Source: Nitrospirota bacterium (GTDB lineage: Bacteria > Nitrospirota > UBA9217). Taken from it: a stretch of DNA of 64,000 bases. The notes under the pieces are model-generated. The model made no database searches. It was not told where the DNA came from and saw nothing but the letters and a program-made list of their open reading frames with translations. Positions 21,916 to 32,606 of this stretch are shown here, in pieces. The stretch lies in assembly GCA_963796285.1 (NCBI GenBank), contig CAWCKW010000010.1, positions 1 to 64,000 of the forward strand, in the 5' to 3' direction. The position numbers were made by a program, and so were the translations under genes. The number at the start of each line of letters is the position of its first letter. Position 1 is the stretch's first letter.

Positions 21916-23322
21916 ATGCGAGATGTACCTATCAAAATTCTGTTGATCAGCATTAATCAATGCGACGAGCCCTACCCTGTTTTCCCGCTCGGCCTGGCAT
22001 ACGTTCATTCTGCCTTGCGCCGAGCCGGCTATCAAACCCGGTGGATTGATTGGCAAATGGACCGCACGGTCATGGCCGACACGCTTGCGGACTTTTTACC
22101 GGACTTTGTCGGTATTTCGTTGCGCAACATCGATGATGTCCTCATCAAGAAACGCCGGACTTTCTTCGATGACCTGAGCGGACTTTGCGCGGAAATCAAA
22201 CAGCTCTCATCATGCCCGATTATCCTGGGAGGAAGCGGTTTTTCAATTTTCCCGGAAGAGCTGCTGATGTCGTCCGGTGCCGATTTCGGGATCCATGGAG
22301 AGGGGGAGGACAGCGTCGTTTCGTTGATATCAGCCCTGGAGCAAAAAAAAGATCACTCGGATATTTCCGGCCTCGTTTTTCGCAAGGGCGATCGGATTAT
22401 CATTAATCCCCTGGGCAACAGCACGCCTCTGGACTGCCTGGCAATGCCGGAACGTCCCGGCAGCCTCGCCGAATTCTATCTCAAGAAAAGCGCGATGCTT
22501 AACATACAAACCCAACGCGGCTGCGCGTTTCGCTGCTGCTATTGCACGTATCCGGTGATCGAGGGGCATCAGGTACGCCGGCGCGCGCCTGAAGCGGTGG
22601 CCGAGGAATTTGAAATAATTCAGCACGCGGGCGCGAAATACGTTTTCATCGTTGACGCTGTTTTCAATTCATCCGCCGATCACGTCGCCGGGATCTGCGA
22701 AGCCCTTCTCCAAAAGAACGTAAAACTCAAATGGGGCTGTTTTTTGCACCCCAATAACCTAACCCCCGAATTGATGCGGATGATGTCCCGGGCGGGCTTG
22801 ACGCACATCGAATTCGGGTCGGACTCTCTCTGCGATCCGGTGCTGGAAGCCTACGGAAAGCGATTCACGTTCGAGAACATTTATGAATCGAGCGAACTGG
22901 CGCGTCGCGAAAAAATCGATTACTGCCATTTCCTGATCTCCGGCGGGCCGGGCGAAACGCGAACGACACTGAAGTTGGGTTTCGAGAATTCGCATCGGCT
23001 GCAAAACGCTGCGATTCTGGCGGTAGTCGGCATGCGCATTTATCCGGGTACGGCGTTGCATGAACAGGCCCGTCGCGAAGGCATCAGCTGGACCGGGGCT
23101 GAGTTGCTGCAACCGCGGTATTATCTTTCCCCGGACCTGACGGAGGAGGAAGTCTTCGACCACTTGTGCGAATTTTCGCGCGTTTCGCCCAATTGGATCG
23201 TAGGTGATCCATCGCCCATTTATCTGAAAATGAATGAACGATTGCGCGCTAAAGGGATCGTGAGACCATTATGGAGTTACTTTGCCATGATGCAACGGTT
23301 GTTCGGCGTTCCTCCAAATTGA
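21916..23322 (+). CDS. B12-binding radical SAM protein (lipid-biosynthesis-type subfamily)
   Basis: PYPVFPLGLAY, GISLRNID, QTQRGCAFRCCYCTYP. Confidence 0.88.
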   Translation: MRDVPIKILLISINQCDEPYPVFPLGLAYVHSALRRAGYQTRWIDWQMDRTVMADTLADFLPDFVGISLRNIDDVLIKKRRTFFDDLSGLCAEIKQLSSCPIILGGSGFSIFPEELLMSSGADFGIHGEGEDSVVSLISALEQKKDHSDISGLVFRKGDRIIINPLGNSTPLDCLAMPERPGSLAEFYLKKSAMLNIQTQRGCAFRCCYCTYPVIEGHQVRRRAPEAVAEEFEIIQHAGAKYVFIVDAVFNSSADHVAGICEALLQKNVKLKWGCFLHPNNLTPELMRMMSRAGLTHIEFGSDSLCDPVLEAYGKRFTFENIYESSELARREKIDYCHFLISGGPGETRTTLKLGFENSHRLQNAAILAVVGMRIYPGTALHEQARREGISWTGAELLQPRYYLSPDLTEEEVFDHLCEFSRVSPNWIVGDPSPIYLKMNERLRAKGIVRPLWSYFAMMQRLFGVPPN

Positions 23323-23479
23323 ATCGCTTCAGAGGTCACATCAGGCCGGCGGTACAAGTAAGGTTTCAATCCATAATCGGTAATGAAAACCGATAACAAT
23401 TGGTTTTGTGTAGGCCGTACTTGTTGGTGAATTATTATCATACCGGGCCTCACTCCTTGTAACTTCTCATTTCATATAA

Positions 23480-23496
23480 TGTTACAGTTCTGTTAA
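23480..23496 (-). promoter_or_regulatory. Pho-box-like pair upstream of phoB (reverse orientation)
   Basis: Minus strand TTAACA-N5-GTAACA. Confidence 0.5.
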
Positions 23497-23548
23497 ATCT
23501 TTGTGCCCCCCTTGAATTCCCGCGAAGATACGTGTTATAACTACGCTC

Positions 23549-24244
23549 ATGAATAATAAAATATTGATCGTCGATGATGAACCGGATATCGTTGACCTCG
23601 TATCCTATAATTTGAAAAAAGACGGCTTCCGGGTCACGACGGCCTCAGACGGCGAACAAGCGCTCCGCAAGGTCAGGAAAGACAAATTTGACCTCGTCGT
23701 TCTCGACCTCATGCTTCCCGGCATACAGGGAGTGGAGCTTTGCCGCATCATCAGGAACGATCCCAAGACGGCCGATACTCCGATTATTATGCTTACGGCA
23801 AAGGGCGAAGAGGTGGACCGGGTCATAGGTCTGGAAAGCGGCGCCGATGATTACATGACAAAACCGTTCAGTTCGAAAGAGCTCATTGCGCGCATAAAAG
23901 CCGTATTAAGAAGAACGGGAGAAAAAACAACAACGGAAAAGACCATCCATATCGGCAACCTGCTGATCAATCTGGAAACCCACGGCGTTACAAAGGGGAA
24001 AACCCCGCTGGAGCTCAGCGCAACTGAATTTAAGCTGCTGGTGTATCTCGTCGAACGGAAAGGCAAGCTGTACAGCCGTGAACAGCTCGTTGATGCCGTG
24101 TGGAAAGGGGAGGCCTTTATCGAACCCAGGACCGTTGATGTCCATATTCGCAGACTCAGGACCCAGATCGAAGATGATCCGTCCAATCCGGCGTACATAA
24201 AGACCCGTAGAGGCGTCGGTTATTATGTAGATGCAGACTTATGA
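23549..24244 (+). CDS. phoB: OmpR/PhoB family response regulator PhoB
   Basis: ILIVDDE, LDLMLP, GADDYMTKPFS, RTVDVHIRRLR, TRRGVGY; heads a P-acquisition region. Confidence 0.9.
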   Translation: MNNKILIVDDEPDIVDLVSYNLKKDGFRVTTASDGEQALRKVRKDKFDLVVLDLMLPGIQGVELCRIIRNDPKTADTPIIMLTAKGEEVDRVIGLESGADDYMTKPFSSKELIARIKAVLRRTGEKTTTEKTIHIGNLLINLETHGVTKGKTPLELSATEFKLLVYLVERKGKLYSREQLVDAVWKGEAFIEPRTVDVHIRRLRTQIEDDPSNPAYIKTRRGVGYYVDADL

Positions 24245-25981
24245 AACAACGCATCTTCGGCCGGATATTCTTTCTGTATGCGGTCACGATGCTTGCCGCG
24301 GTCGTCTGTATCGAATTCTTCATCACCGACGCCGTGAGAAGCAGTCATATTAATGAACTTCGAGATCACCTCCTTTCACAGGCAGCGCTCATTTCCAATG
24401 ACCTCTCGTTCAAGGACCAACCCTCTCTCGATAACCGCTGCAAACAGTTTAAGGAGCAAACCGGTTTTCGTGTGACCATCATCGCTCTCGACGGACGGGT
24501 CCTCGGGGATTCGGACAGCGCATCATCCGTCATGGAGAACCACGCGGGTCGTCCTGAAATCCAACAGGCCCTCATGAACGGTACAGGCATGTCCAAACGA
24601 TACAGCGATACCCTGCACGACGATCGGCTGTATGTCGCAAAGAGGATCACGCGTGACGGTCTGCCCGTTGGTGTTGTCCGGCTCAGTATGCGGCTTAACG
24701 TCGTGGACGCCTCGATCGACGCCATCAGATTCAGGATCATCGGGGTCGTCATCGCGATCCTGCTTGCGACGGGCCTGTTCTCAATCAGACAGCTGGAGCG
24801 TATCAGGAAACTGACAAAGCGGATCGGAGACTTTTCGCGCTCTCTCGCGGGCGGCGAAACCGGGAACAAACTGTATTTTGACCGCGCTGGAGAGTTCGAA
24901 GAGATAGCCGAGAGCCTGAATCAGATGTCAGTGGAACTGCGGAACAGCTATTGCCGAGAACGACGGAGAAAGAAAACGGCTGAATGAGATTCTTCGAAGC
25001 ATCCCCGATGTTCTGATGATACTCGAACCGAATGGCACGATTCAGCTCGCAAGCTCCGCCTCACGGCAGTATTTCGGCGACGTCCAATTGACGGGAAAAC
25101 AGGTGTTCGAGGTCATACGAAACCCATTGTTCCTGTCGCTCATGGAAGAGGCGCGCAAGAATCTGACGCCCGGCGTCAGCGAACTGCGGCTTGATTATCC
25201 GGAGGAACGGTATTTTTCTGCGAGGGTTTCGCCTCTCTCCTCTCCGGAAAAGGGACTTGCCGGTTTTGTCGTCATATTGCATGACATCACGCAGCTCAAA
25301 AAGCTGGAGCAGACCCGCAAGGATTTTGTCGCGAACATATCGCACGAGATAAAGACGCCGATCACGGCGATCAAGGGTTTTGCCGACACCCTGCTTGAGG
25401 GCGCATTGAATGATACGGAGCACGCTGAAAAATTTTTAAAGATCATCAAGGCGAACAGCGAACGGATCAACAGTCTCGTTGACGACCTGATGACGATCTC
25501 CAAAATCGAGCTTGGCGTCGCCAGGATAGAGAGGTCCCCGGTGGATCTCTCTGATGCTACTGAACATGCACTGGCCCTGTTGAGAACCAAGGCCGCTGAC
25601 AAGAAGTTGCTCGTGAAAACCGATTTTCCTGCCGAGCATATAAAAATCAACGCTGACAGGGACAAGCTGATCCAAATACTCACGAACCTCGTGGACAATT
25701 CAATAAAATTCACTGAAACGGGCGGAGTGACGATCGGTTTTCGAATAGAAAACGACAAACCATGCCTGTACGTCGAAGACACCGGCATCGGGATCCCGGA
25801 GAAACACCTGCCGCGCATTGGGGAGCGGTTTTACCGCGTGGACACCGCCCGGTCGAGGAAGATGGGCGGCACCGGGCTCGGACTGGCCATTGTCAAGCAC
25901 CTGGTAAAGGCCCACGGCTGGGAGATGCATATTGAGAGCATTCCGGAAAAGGGCACGAAGGTGAAATTGTACGTGAGTTGA
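24241..25981 (+). CDS. phoR: Phosphate regulon sensor kinase PhoR (frameshift near 24950)
   Basis: Two TMs, DGRVLGDS..MENHAGRPE, HAMP, PAS, DFVANISHEIKTP, NLVDNSIKF, DTGIGI, RFYRVDTARSRKMGGTGLGL. Confidence 0.9.
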
Positions 25982-26254
25982 TGCCATTCCCCGGGACACC
26001 ATCATTTATCAGAAGTTAATCCGATCTTTCCGTGTCCAAATGATCTTTGTAGGATAATGTATCACCCGCTCTTTCCATTTGGTGCCGATTCCTCAACCTT
26101 CCATTCGTGTTGTCCCGGTTGTAAAAAAACCTTTCATTAGCTTCCCCCATATCCGATTCACGTTACGCCTGCGTATCCCGTTTCAATCCTTCATAATAGG
26201 ACGCTCAGTATATTCGCGTCCGTTCCCTAAACCGGACTGCTCTTGAAAATTCTT

Positions 26255-26308
26255 TTCATGAACATTTAAACAAACCGACATACTGATGTAACAATAAGAG
26301 AGTAAGTT
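26255..26308 (+). promoter_or_regulatory. Pho-box array (4 x 11 bp) plus -10
   Basis: TTCATG/TTAAAC/GACATA/GTAACA at 26255, 26266, 26277, 26288; TAAGTT at 26303. Confidence 0.6.
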
Positions 26309-26429
26309 ATCCCCCATGCAGAGACGCGCCGAGTGGACAAGAAGAAAGAAAATGTTCCGCTCAGCAGCTATGTACGCCGGGAAACACTTCCGTATTAACG
26401 GAATAATCATAGATCGTGGAGGGTACATC

Positions 26430-27608
26430 ATGAAAAAGGTTTTAGCAGCGCTTGCAGTAGTTGCGGTCAGCAGTTTCAGCTCAATGGTTTTTGCGGCAGA
26501 AGGTGAAGCGCCGGTCGTGAAGGGTAATATAGAGCTCTACGGCGCAGCAAAGCTCTCGGTCGATGTTATCGAGACTGATGCCAGGACAACGGGGGCGGAC
26601 AAGAGTCTTACGAAGGCGTCATCGAACTCCTCGCGCGTTGGTTTCAAGGGCACGGAAGCCTTTAGCGACGATCTGAGCGCCGTCATGCAGTTGGAGCTGG
26701 GTATCAATTACGACAGCACACAGACATCGGTCGTTTCATCCGTCTCGTCGGCCACGACCAACACCTCAAGCGGTGCAACGACAGTGAACACAAAATCAAC
26801 GAACATCGACAAGATCACCTATCGCAATTCATACGCTGGCTTGAGCAGCAAAACATTTGGGGCCCTTATTATCGGCATCCACGACACACCGTACAAGGTG
26901 TCCACCGCTTCTTTGGATCCTTTCGCCGACACCATGGCCGACTACAACGCAATCATCGGCACGGTGAATGGCACCTCGGATTTCGATCTGCGCGCGAAGG
27001 ATACGATCATGTACACATCTCCCAAGTGGGTCGGCATCCAGATCATGGCCGCCACGAGCACGACCGGTCAGGAGTCTGATACCAGCACGAGCGGAAATAA
27101 GCAGGAATATTCCTTTTCAGCATCCTACAGCGGCGGGCCGGCGTATGTAGCTCTCGCACATGAGATTCATAAGAATGGTTATGGAAGTTTGGACATACTG
27201 GGCAACAAGATTGACGGAACAAAACTGGGCGCGGGTTTTACTCTTGAAGGCACAAAGATCGGGCTGGTGTATGAGGCCCTGAAGGACGGCGTTTCGGACT
27301 CCAAAAACACGCGGAACGCGCTGTACGCCGCAGTAAGCCAGAAACTCGGCGATGAAACCATCAAGATCGCCTTCGGAAAAGCCGAGGATGGAAAAGGCCC
27401 GAATACGAAGACTGGGGCGACCTTGATGACCGTAGGTGTCGACCACTCCTTCTCCAAACGCACGACCGCCTACGTCCTGTATGCCAAGACAAAGAATGAT
27501 GCGGATGCCACCTATGGCCTTGGCCAGAGCGGCGCAGGCGGCGCTTATGTTCCCAAGGCCGGTGAGAGCCCATCCGTCATTGCCTTTGGTTTGAATCACA
27601 GCTTCTAA
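26430..27608 (+). CDS. Gram-negative general porin
   Basis: Signal peptide, IELYG, SNSSRVGFKGTE, RNSYAGL, FSKRTTAY, C-terminal GLNHSF. Confidence 0.9.
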   Translation: MKKVLAALAVVAVSSFSSMVFAAEGEAPVVKGNIELYGAAKLSVDVIETDARTTGADKSLTKASSNSSRVGFKGTEAFSDDLSAVMQLELGINYDSTQTSVVSSVSSATTNTSSGATTVNTKSTNIDKITYRNSYAGLSSKTFGALIIGIHDTPYKVSTASLDPFADTMADYNAIIGTVNGTSDFDLRAKDTIMYTSPKWVGIQIMAATSTTGQESDTSTSGNKQEYSFSASYSGGPAYVALAHEIHKNGYGSLDILGNKIDGTKLGAGFTLEGTKIGLVYEALKDGVSDSKNTRNALYAAVSQKLGDETIKIAFGKAEDGKGPNTKTGATLMTVGVDHSFSKRTTAYVLYAKTKNDADATYGLGQSGAGGAYVPKAGESPSVIAFGLNHSF

Positions 27609-27645
27609 CGCCATCATATCAACACATCCGGCATCATCCTCCCTC

Positions 27646-27679
27646 GGGGCGGGCGTACTCGGCCCGCCCCACCCTTTTT
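27646..27679 (+). terminator. Rho-independent terminator
   Basis: GGGGCGGGC...GCCCGCCCC followed by ACCCTTTTT. Confidence 0.65.
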
Positions 27680-27807
27680 GGACAACGAGAAGGACATTTA
27701 CTGACGTAATTTGACCGGGGTGTCCGGATCGTCTCATCAAGTATATTGGGTAGTGATTTATCACAAGCTGTTCACAGAGGAAGCGGCAAAAAAAGATATG
27801 ATCGAAT

Positions 27808-27861
27808 TTCACACAAACTTAACCAGGCTGTAACAGGCATGTAATTAGATCGTGGTAGTAT
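27808..27861 (+). promoter_or_regulatory. Pho-box array (4 x 11 bp) plus -10
   Basis: TTCACA/TTAACC/GTAACA/GTAATT; TAGTAT at 27856. Confidence 0.75.
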
Positions 27862-27924
27862 CCGGCTGACAGGGTTCTTTGAAAACAGACAGCGTCCTAA
27901 CAAGGTTATGAAGAGGCAACGCCC

Positions 27925-28350
27925 ATGAAATACTTCACCAAGATCGTCGACAGCATGATCAAATTCATGATCCCGATAGTGCTCCTTGCCCTTTTGATGG
28001 GTATTGCGCGGGTCATTCTCGACCTTCGCGCAGTATTCGGAAGCCAGACACTGGCTGCCGCTTTCGACATGATCGTAACTAATATCCTTTCCATGTTCAT
28101 CGTGATCGAACTGCTTAGGAGCCTCATAGAATACTTCACCGTGCATCGGCTCAAGATCACGTTTATCACCGACGCAGCGCTGGTCTTTGTCCTGCGCGAG
28201 ATCATGGTCGGGCTTTATCAGCACAAGCTTGAGGCTGGAATGATCATGTCGCTCGCGGCCCTCATCCTGGTGATCGGCGGCATCCGGACGCTTGCTGTGG
28301 TATTTTCACCGGAAAAATGCACTGATACAAAAGAGGTCATCCATGCATAA
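27925..28350 (+). CDS. psiE: Phosphate-starvation-inducible PsiE family protein
   Basis: Four TMs; FIVIELLRSLIEYF, ITDAALVFVLREIM. Confidence 0.85.
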   Translation: MKYFTKIVDSMIKFMIPIVLLALLMGIARVILDLRAVFGSQTLAAAFDMIVTNILSMFIVIELLRSLIEYFTVHRLKITFITDAALVFVLREIMVGLYQHKLEAGMIMSLAALILVIGGIRTLAVVFSPEKCTDTKEVIHA

Positions 28351-28447
28351 TAACGCACAGAAGCAGCTTCCTGAAAAAATCGAGGAAATACTCATTTTCG
28401 CTGCTAGCATAGCAGGTCTTGTATTGATGGTTCTCTATTGGCGATAA
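28343..28447 (+). CDS. Putative 34-aa single-TM small protein
   Basis: MHNNAQKQLPEKIEEILIFAASIAGLVLMVLYWR; ATG overlaps the psiE stop (ATGCATAA); RBS AAGAGG. Confidence 0.5.
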   Translation: MHNNAQKQLPEKIEEILIFAASIAGLVLMVLYWR

Positions 28448-28470
28448 CACGGGGAAACACGGCCATCGGG

Positions 28471-29733
28471 ATGCCAGAGCCAACGAGGAAATCGGCTTTT
28501 CCGGAAGACTTTCAGTGGGGCGTTGCTACTTCCGCGTTTCAGCTCGAAGGCTCTCCGAATGCTGATTGGTCGACCTGGGACCCCGTGTTAAGCGACATCC
28601 CTGAGATAACGAACCACTATGCCGTTTTCAGGGAGGACCTCAAACTCCTTAAGGAATTGGGCGTAAATTCCTATCGCTTCTCCATCGAATGGAGCAGGAT
28701 CCAACCGCGTCCGGACACCTGGGACGAAGAAGCCATCGCGCATTATCAGGAAATCATCGATATCCTGCGAAGCTACAACATCGAGCCCATGGTCACCCTC
28801 CATCATTTCACCCACCCCCGCTGGTTTCTGGAGCGGTATCCATGGCATCGAACTGCGTCCGTTGAAAAATTCCTGCGCTACACGGAGAAGATGGTCTCAA
28901 CGCTCAGGAACGTACGATACTGGATAACGTTCAACGAGCCCTATGTCATCCTGATCGGCGGATACCTTGACGGATGCATTCCGCCGGGTCTGCGAGACGT
29001 ACCCCGAGCCCTCGTCGCCTTGAAAAACATATTCACCTCGCACGGCAAGGCCTACGACATCATCCATCGATATATCCCTGATGCGCAGGTCAGTATCGCG
29101 CATAATATGTCCGTGTTCGCTCCCTGGAAAAAATGGAACCCTTTCGACCGGCTCCTGAAGAAGTCGGCGAACCATTTCTACAATCACTCGATCATAAACG
29201 CATTCCGGACCGGTGTCTTCATCGTCAAATTCCCTTTTTCCCGCGCCGTGCAGATCGAAATCCCGATCAAGGACAAGCTCGACTTTTTCGGCGTGAACTA
29301 CTATACGCGCATCCATCTCCGGTTCAATCCGTTTAAAAAAATGGGTGTGGAGCTCAGACATCTGGACATCGACGGACATGGCCTTACGAATATCGGGTGG
29401 GAAGTGCATCCACGCGGCCTTGCAAAAGTGCTCCGGTATGCGTCAAGGCTCAACCTGCCGATCTTCATTACCGAAAATGGTATCGCAACCCATGATGCCG
29501 AAATGAAGGTAATGTACATGAAGCAGCACGTGGATGTTGTAGAGCGATGTCTGAAGGACGGCCTCGATGTCCGCGGCTATTTTTACTGGACCCTCATCGA
29601 CAATTACGAATGGCTCCAGGGCTTCGATGCTCGGTTCGGTCTCTATCGCGTCGATTTCAAAACACTCAAGCGTTACCCAACGAGCGCCGCAACCTATTAT
29701 GCCTACCTGATCCAGAGCCGGTCAAAGATTTAA
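28471..29733 (+). CDS. Glycoside hydrolase family 1 (beta-glucosidase)
   Basis: FPEDFQWGVATSAFQLEG, YRFSIEWSRI, TFNEP, ITENG, WTLIDNYEW. Confidence 0.93.
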   Translation: MPEPTRKSAFPEDFQWGVATSAFQLEGSPNADWSTWDPVLSDIPEITNHYAVFREDLKLLKELGVNSYRFSIEWSRIQPRPDTWDEEAIAHYQEIIDILRSYNIEPMVTLHHFTHPRWFLERYPWHRTASVEKFLRYTEKMVSTLRNVRYWITFNEPYVILIGGYLDGCIPPGLRDVPRALVALKNIFTSHGKAYDIIHRYIPDAQVSIAHNMSVFAPWKKWNPFDRLLKKSANHFYNHSIINAFRTGVFIVKFPFSRAVQIEIPIKDKLDFFGVNYYTRIHLRFNPFKKMGVELRHLDIDGHGLTNIGWEVHPRGLAKVLRYASRLNLPIFITENGIATHDAEMKVMYMKQHVDVVERCLKDGLDVRGYFYWTLIDNYEWLQGFDARFGLYRVDFKTLKRYPTSAATYYAYLIQSRSKI

Positions 29734-29783
29734 CGAGAATGTAAAATACTCGTCATCCTCCGGTAACACGACTCGTATATGAT
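29730..29783 (+). promoter_or_regulatory. Pho-box array (4 x 11 bp) plus -10
   Basis: TTAACG/GTAAAA/GTCATC/GTAACA; TATGAT at 29778. Confidence 0.7.
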
Positions 29784-29890
29784 CAGCTCAGAGAGTACGT
29801 TAAAAGGCGGGAAACGAAATGCATCCACGATCGGGACATCAACCCTCATAAAGGCAGGTCGTTGATCCCCGGATTTGAAAGGAGATACGT

Positions 29891-30100
29891 ATGAATTTAA
29901 TCAATCTGACATCTCAGAACAATGCAGTATGCGCAGACGCTCATATGGCAACGTGCCCCTATGAAAAAGGGAACAGCAATAATTGTGCTGCCTCAATTAT
30001 GACAGTAGCAACCAGCAGTTATCAAAAGACGAACTATTGCTGGACGGACAATTACGATAGTTGCCCATTGTTCCTGTCGAAGGTTCTCCGAAATAGATGA
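29891..30100 (+). CDS. Small Cys-rich putative metal-binding protein
   Basis: RBS AAGGAG; CPY...C...YC..DNYDSCPLF. Confidence 0.65.
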   Translation: MNLINLTSQNNAVCADAHMATCPYEKGNSNNCAASIMTVATSSYQKTNYCWTDNYDSCPLFLSKVLRNR

Positions 30101-30212
30101 AGAGGATGAAGTGCCGAATGTCCTTTGCTGAACGCCTCAAGGATATGACATAGGGGATAACGAGAGTGGAAAGCTCCATAGTTCACCTGCAGAACAAGAC
30201 AAGGAGGTCCAT

Positions 30213-30437
30213 ATGTCTGAACAGAATGTAAATCCTGCCGTGCTGCATCTCGATGAACAAGAAGCTACCCAGCTCGCTCGCGCAGTTCAGATACTCGTAC
30301 AGGAGCTTGGGTTCGATCCGGAAGAAGTGGATCGCTCCTATAAGGAAAGTCTGGCATTTTTTCTTAAAGATGATCATATCGATCAGAGATCCATGGGCGG
30401 TTCTTGCCTTACCGGGCAGGCAAGTATTACCGCATAA
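30213..30437 (+). CDS. DUF3562-like small helical protein (degenerate C-terminus)
   Basis: RBS AAGGAGG; RAVQILVQELGFDPEEVDRSYKE aligns with the next ORF. Confidence 0.55.
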   Translation: MSEQNVNPAVLHLDEQEATQLARAVQILVQELGFDPEEVDRSYKESLAFFLKDDHIDQRSMGGSCLTGQASITA

Positions 30438-30526
30438 TACTCATTGCATGACAACGAATATCCCCCAGCCGAGCGTTGTCGAATGTGAAGAAGGAATTCG
30501 ATTCAATAAAATAAGGAGAAATACTC

Positions 30527-30757
30527 ATGCAGAATCAAACAACGGCAGATTTGTCACGAAATATGTACGACAAGGACAACGAACCGCACGTCCGTGCTAT
30601 TGACAGCCTCGTGCACGAACTCGGGATATCAGCAGAAGAAGTCAACAAGTCGTACAGGGAGGTCCTGGCGGAACTGAATAAAGACATAAAAGTGAAAACC
30701 TTCCTTCCTATCCTTGTCAGCAGAGTCGTTAAACAACGTTTATTACAGCAACACTAG
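30527..30757 (+). CDS. DUF3562-like three-helix protein
   Basis: RBS AAGGAG; HVRAIDSLVHELGISAEEVNKSYREVLAEL...KVKTFLPILVSRVVKQRL. Confidence 0.7.
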   Translation: MQNQTTADLSRNMYDKDNEPHVRAIDSLVHELGISAEEVNKSYREVLAELNKDIKVKTFLPILVSRVVKQRLLQQH

Positions 30758-30876
30758 TGCGTCCTGTCCTGCGATATGGTCAACGGTTCCAATACTGCGG
30801 GATACGCGAAAACTTCGCTATAATAAAGGACGGAGATCTCAACCTGCCTCGGAAAAGGGCGTGGAGGTGATTGGGC

Positions 30877-30975
30877 ATGAATAAGTCTATCTTGAAAGCA
30901 ATTGAATACAGCCTGACTGCGGCAGGGCTGCTCATCGGGATACTTTTTATTGTCCTGATCATTCGCGGAGGTTGA
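30877..30975 (+). CDS. Putative 32-aa single-TM small protein
   Basis: RBS GGAGGTG; MNKSILKAIEYSLTAAGLLIGILFIVLIIRGG. Confidence 0.55.
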   Translation: MNKSILKAIEYSLTAAGLLIGILFIVLIIRGG

Positions 30976-31464
30976 ATAAGTTGATTTCGAAGAAGTTCCC
31001 CTTGGTCATTGCTACCATTGCATCTCAATCTTGGGTTTTTGCCACACCGGAAGAGGTACAATACGCGGGGCATCCTGTCATGATTTCAGATAAAATATAA
31101 AGGACTTGAATAGTCCTCAAACATCCGGCTAACTTCGCACAAGACCCTGTCTTCAATAACAAGTGCTCAATTCTACTCCTTGTCATGCCACAAAAACCCT
31201 GATACCGGCCTTCCTGATACTAAATCTGCTCATTCATAATTACGTTTTTTTCTGCAAAATCATCGAACTCTTCTTGATAATTTTTCGATCTCGTGATAAT
31301 CTTTTCATGCAGGGACGAAGTTCCTGCAGGTTCGCATGGATTTCTCCCCGTGTTATTAACGGAAAAACGGGCGGACAACTCCACGATCATCGGGGTCATT
31401 CCTTGCGCTATCCCGGGGCAGGGGCCTGGCATGCGTCCTCAACCTGTATCGGAGTCATTCAGAC

Positions 31465-32583
31465 ATGAAAAAGCGCTTGATATTCACCCTCATCGGTCTG
31501 GTCATCCTCGTCGTCATTCTCGTCGCCGTCAAGGCCCTGCAGATCGGCGCGATGATCGACCAGGGCAAGAAGTTCGTACCGCCGCCCGAAACCGTGACAT
31601 CCACGCTCGTCAAGGCCGAATCATGGGAGACAGCCCTGACCGCGGTCGGCACGCTGAACGCCGTGCAGGGGGTCACCATAGCCGCCGAGCTGGCGGGCAA
31701 AGTGGCCGGGATCGCGTTCGAGGCGGGCACGCCGGTGAAGAAGGGGGACATCCTGCTGCGCCAGGACACCTCCTCGGAAGAGGCCCAGCTTCCCGGCGTC
31801 GTTGCCCAGGTGAAACTGGCAAGCACCAATCTCGAGAGGATGAACCAGCTGTTTTCGAAGCAGCTGATCTCACAGGCCGACCGCGATAACGCCGTGGCAA
31901 GCGCGGATCAGGCGCAGTCCCAGGCCGAGAACATTCGGGCCACCATTGCCAAGAAGACGATCCGCGCCCCCTTCAGCGGCCAACTCGGCATCCGCCAGGT
32001 CAACCTTGGCCAGATGCTCCGCGAGGGGGACCCCATCGTCACCCTTCAGGCCCTTGACCCGATCTATGTCGACTTTACCCTTCCGCAGCAGCAACTCCCG
32101 CTGGTGCGTCTGGGTCTGACCGTGCACGTGACCACCGATGCCCTGCCGGGGGATGCGCTGCAGGGGCGGATCACCGCCATAAATCCTCTTGTGGACGCCG
32201 ATACCCGCCAGATCATGGTGCAGGCAACGGTGGCCAACCGCGGGGAGAAGCTGCGCCCCGGCATGTTCACCAACGTGGCGGTGGGGCTCCCCGCACGGCA
32301 GAAGGTGCTCGCCATTCCTGCTACGGCCGTCCTTTACGCCCCCTATGGGGACTCGGTCTTCATTGTCGAGGATGCTGCGGATAAAAAAGGAAAGGTGCTG
32401 CGCCAGCAGTTCGTGCGCCTGGGTGTCAAGCGGGGCGATTTTGTCGCCGTCACGAGCGGTATCAAGGAGGGAGAAACGGTGGTCAGCACCGGCGTCTTTA
32501 AACTGCGCAACGGCCAGTCGGCAGTGATAGACAACAAGCTGGCCCCCGACTTCCAGAAAGCGCCCAAGCCGGAGAACAACTGA
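31465..32583 (+). CDS. RND efflux membrane fusion protein
   Basis: N-terminal TM, VKKGDILL, TIRAPFSGQLG, LRPGMF, GIKEGETVV. Confidence 0.93.
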   Translation: MKKRLIFTLIGLVILVVILVAVKALQIGAMIDQGKKFVPPPETVTSTLVKAESWETALTAVGTLNAVQGVTIAAELAGKVAGIAFEAGTPVKKGDILLRQDTSSEEAQLPGVVAQVKLASTNLERMNQLFSKQLISQADRDNAVASADQAQSQAENIRATIAKKTIRAPFSGQLGIRQVNLGQMLREGDPIVTLQALDPIYVDFTLPQQQLPLVRLGLTVHVTTDALPGDALQGRITAINPLVDADTRQIMVQATVANRGEKLRPGMFTNVAVGLPARQKVLAIPATAVLYAPYGDSVFIVEDAADKKGKVLRQQFVRLGVKRGDFVAVTSGIKEGETVVSTGVFKLRNGQSAVIDNKLAPDFQKAPKPENN

Positions 32584-32606
32584 CCTTTGATGCAGGACAA
32601 AATCCA

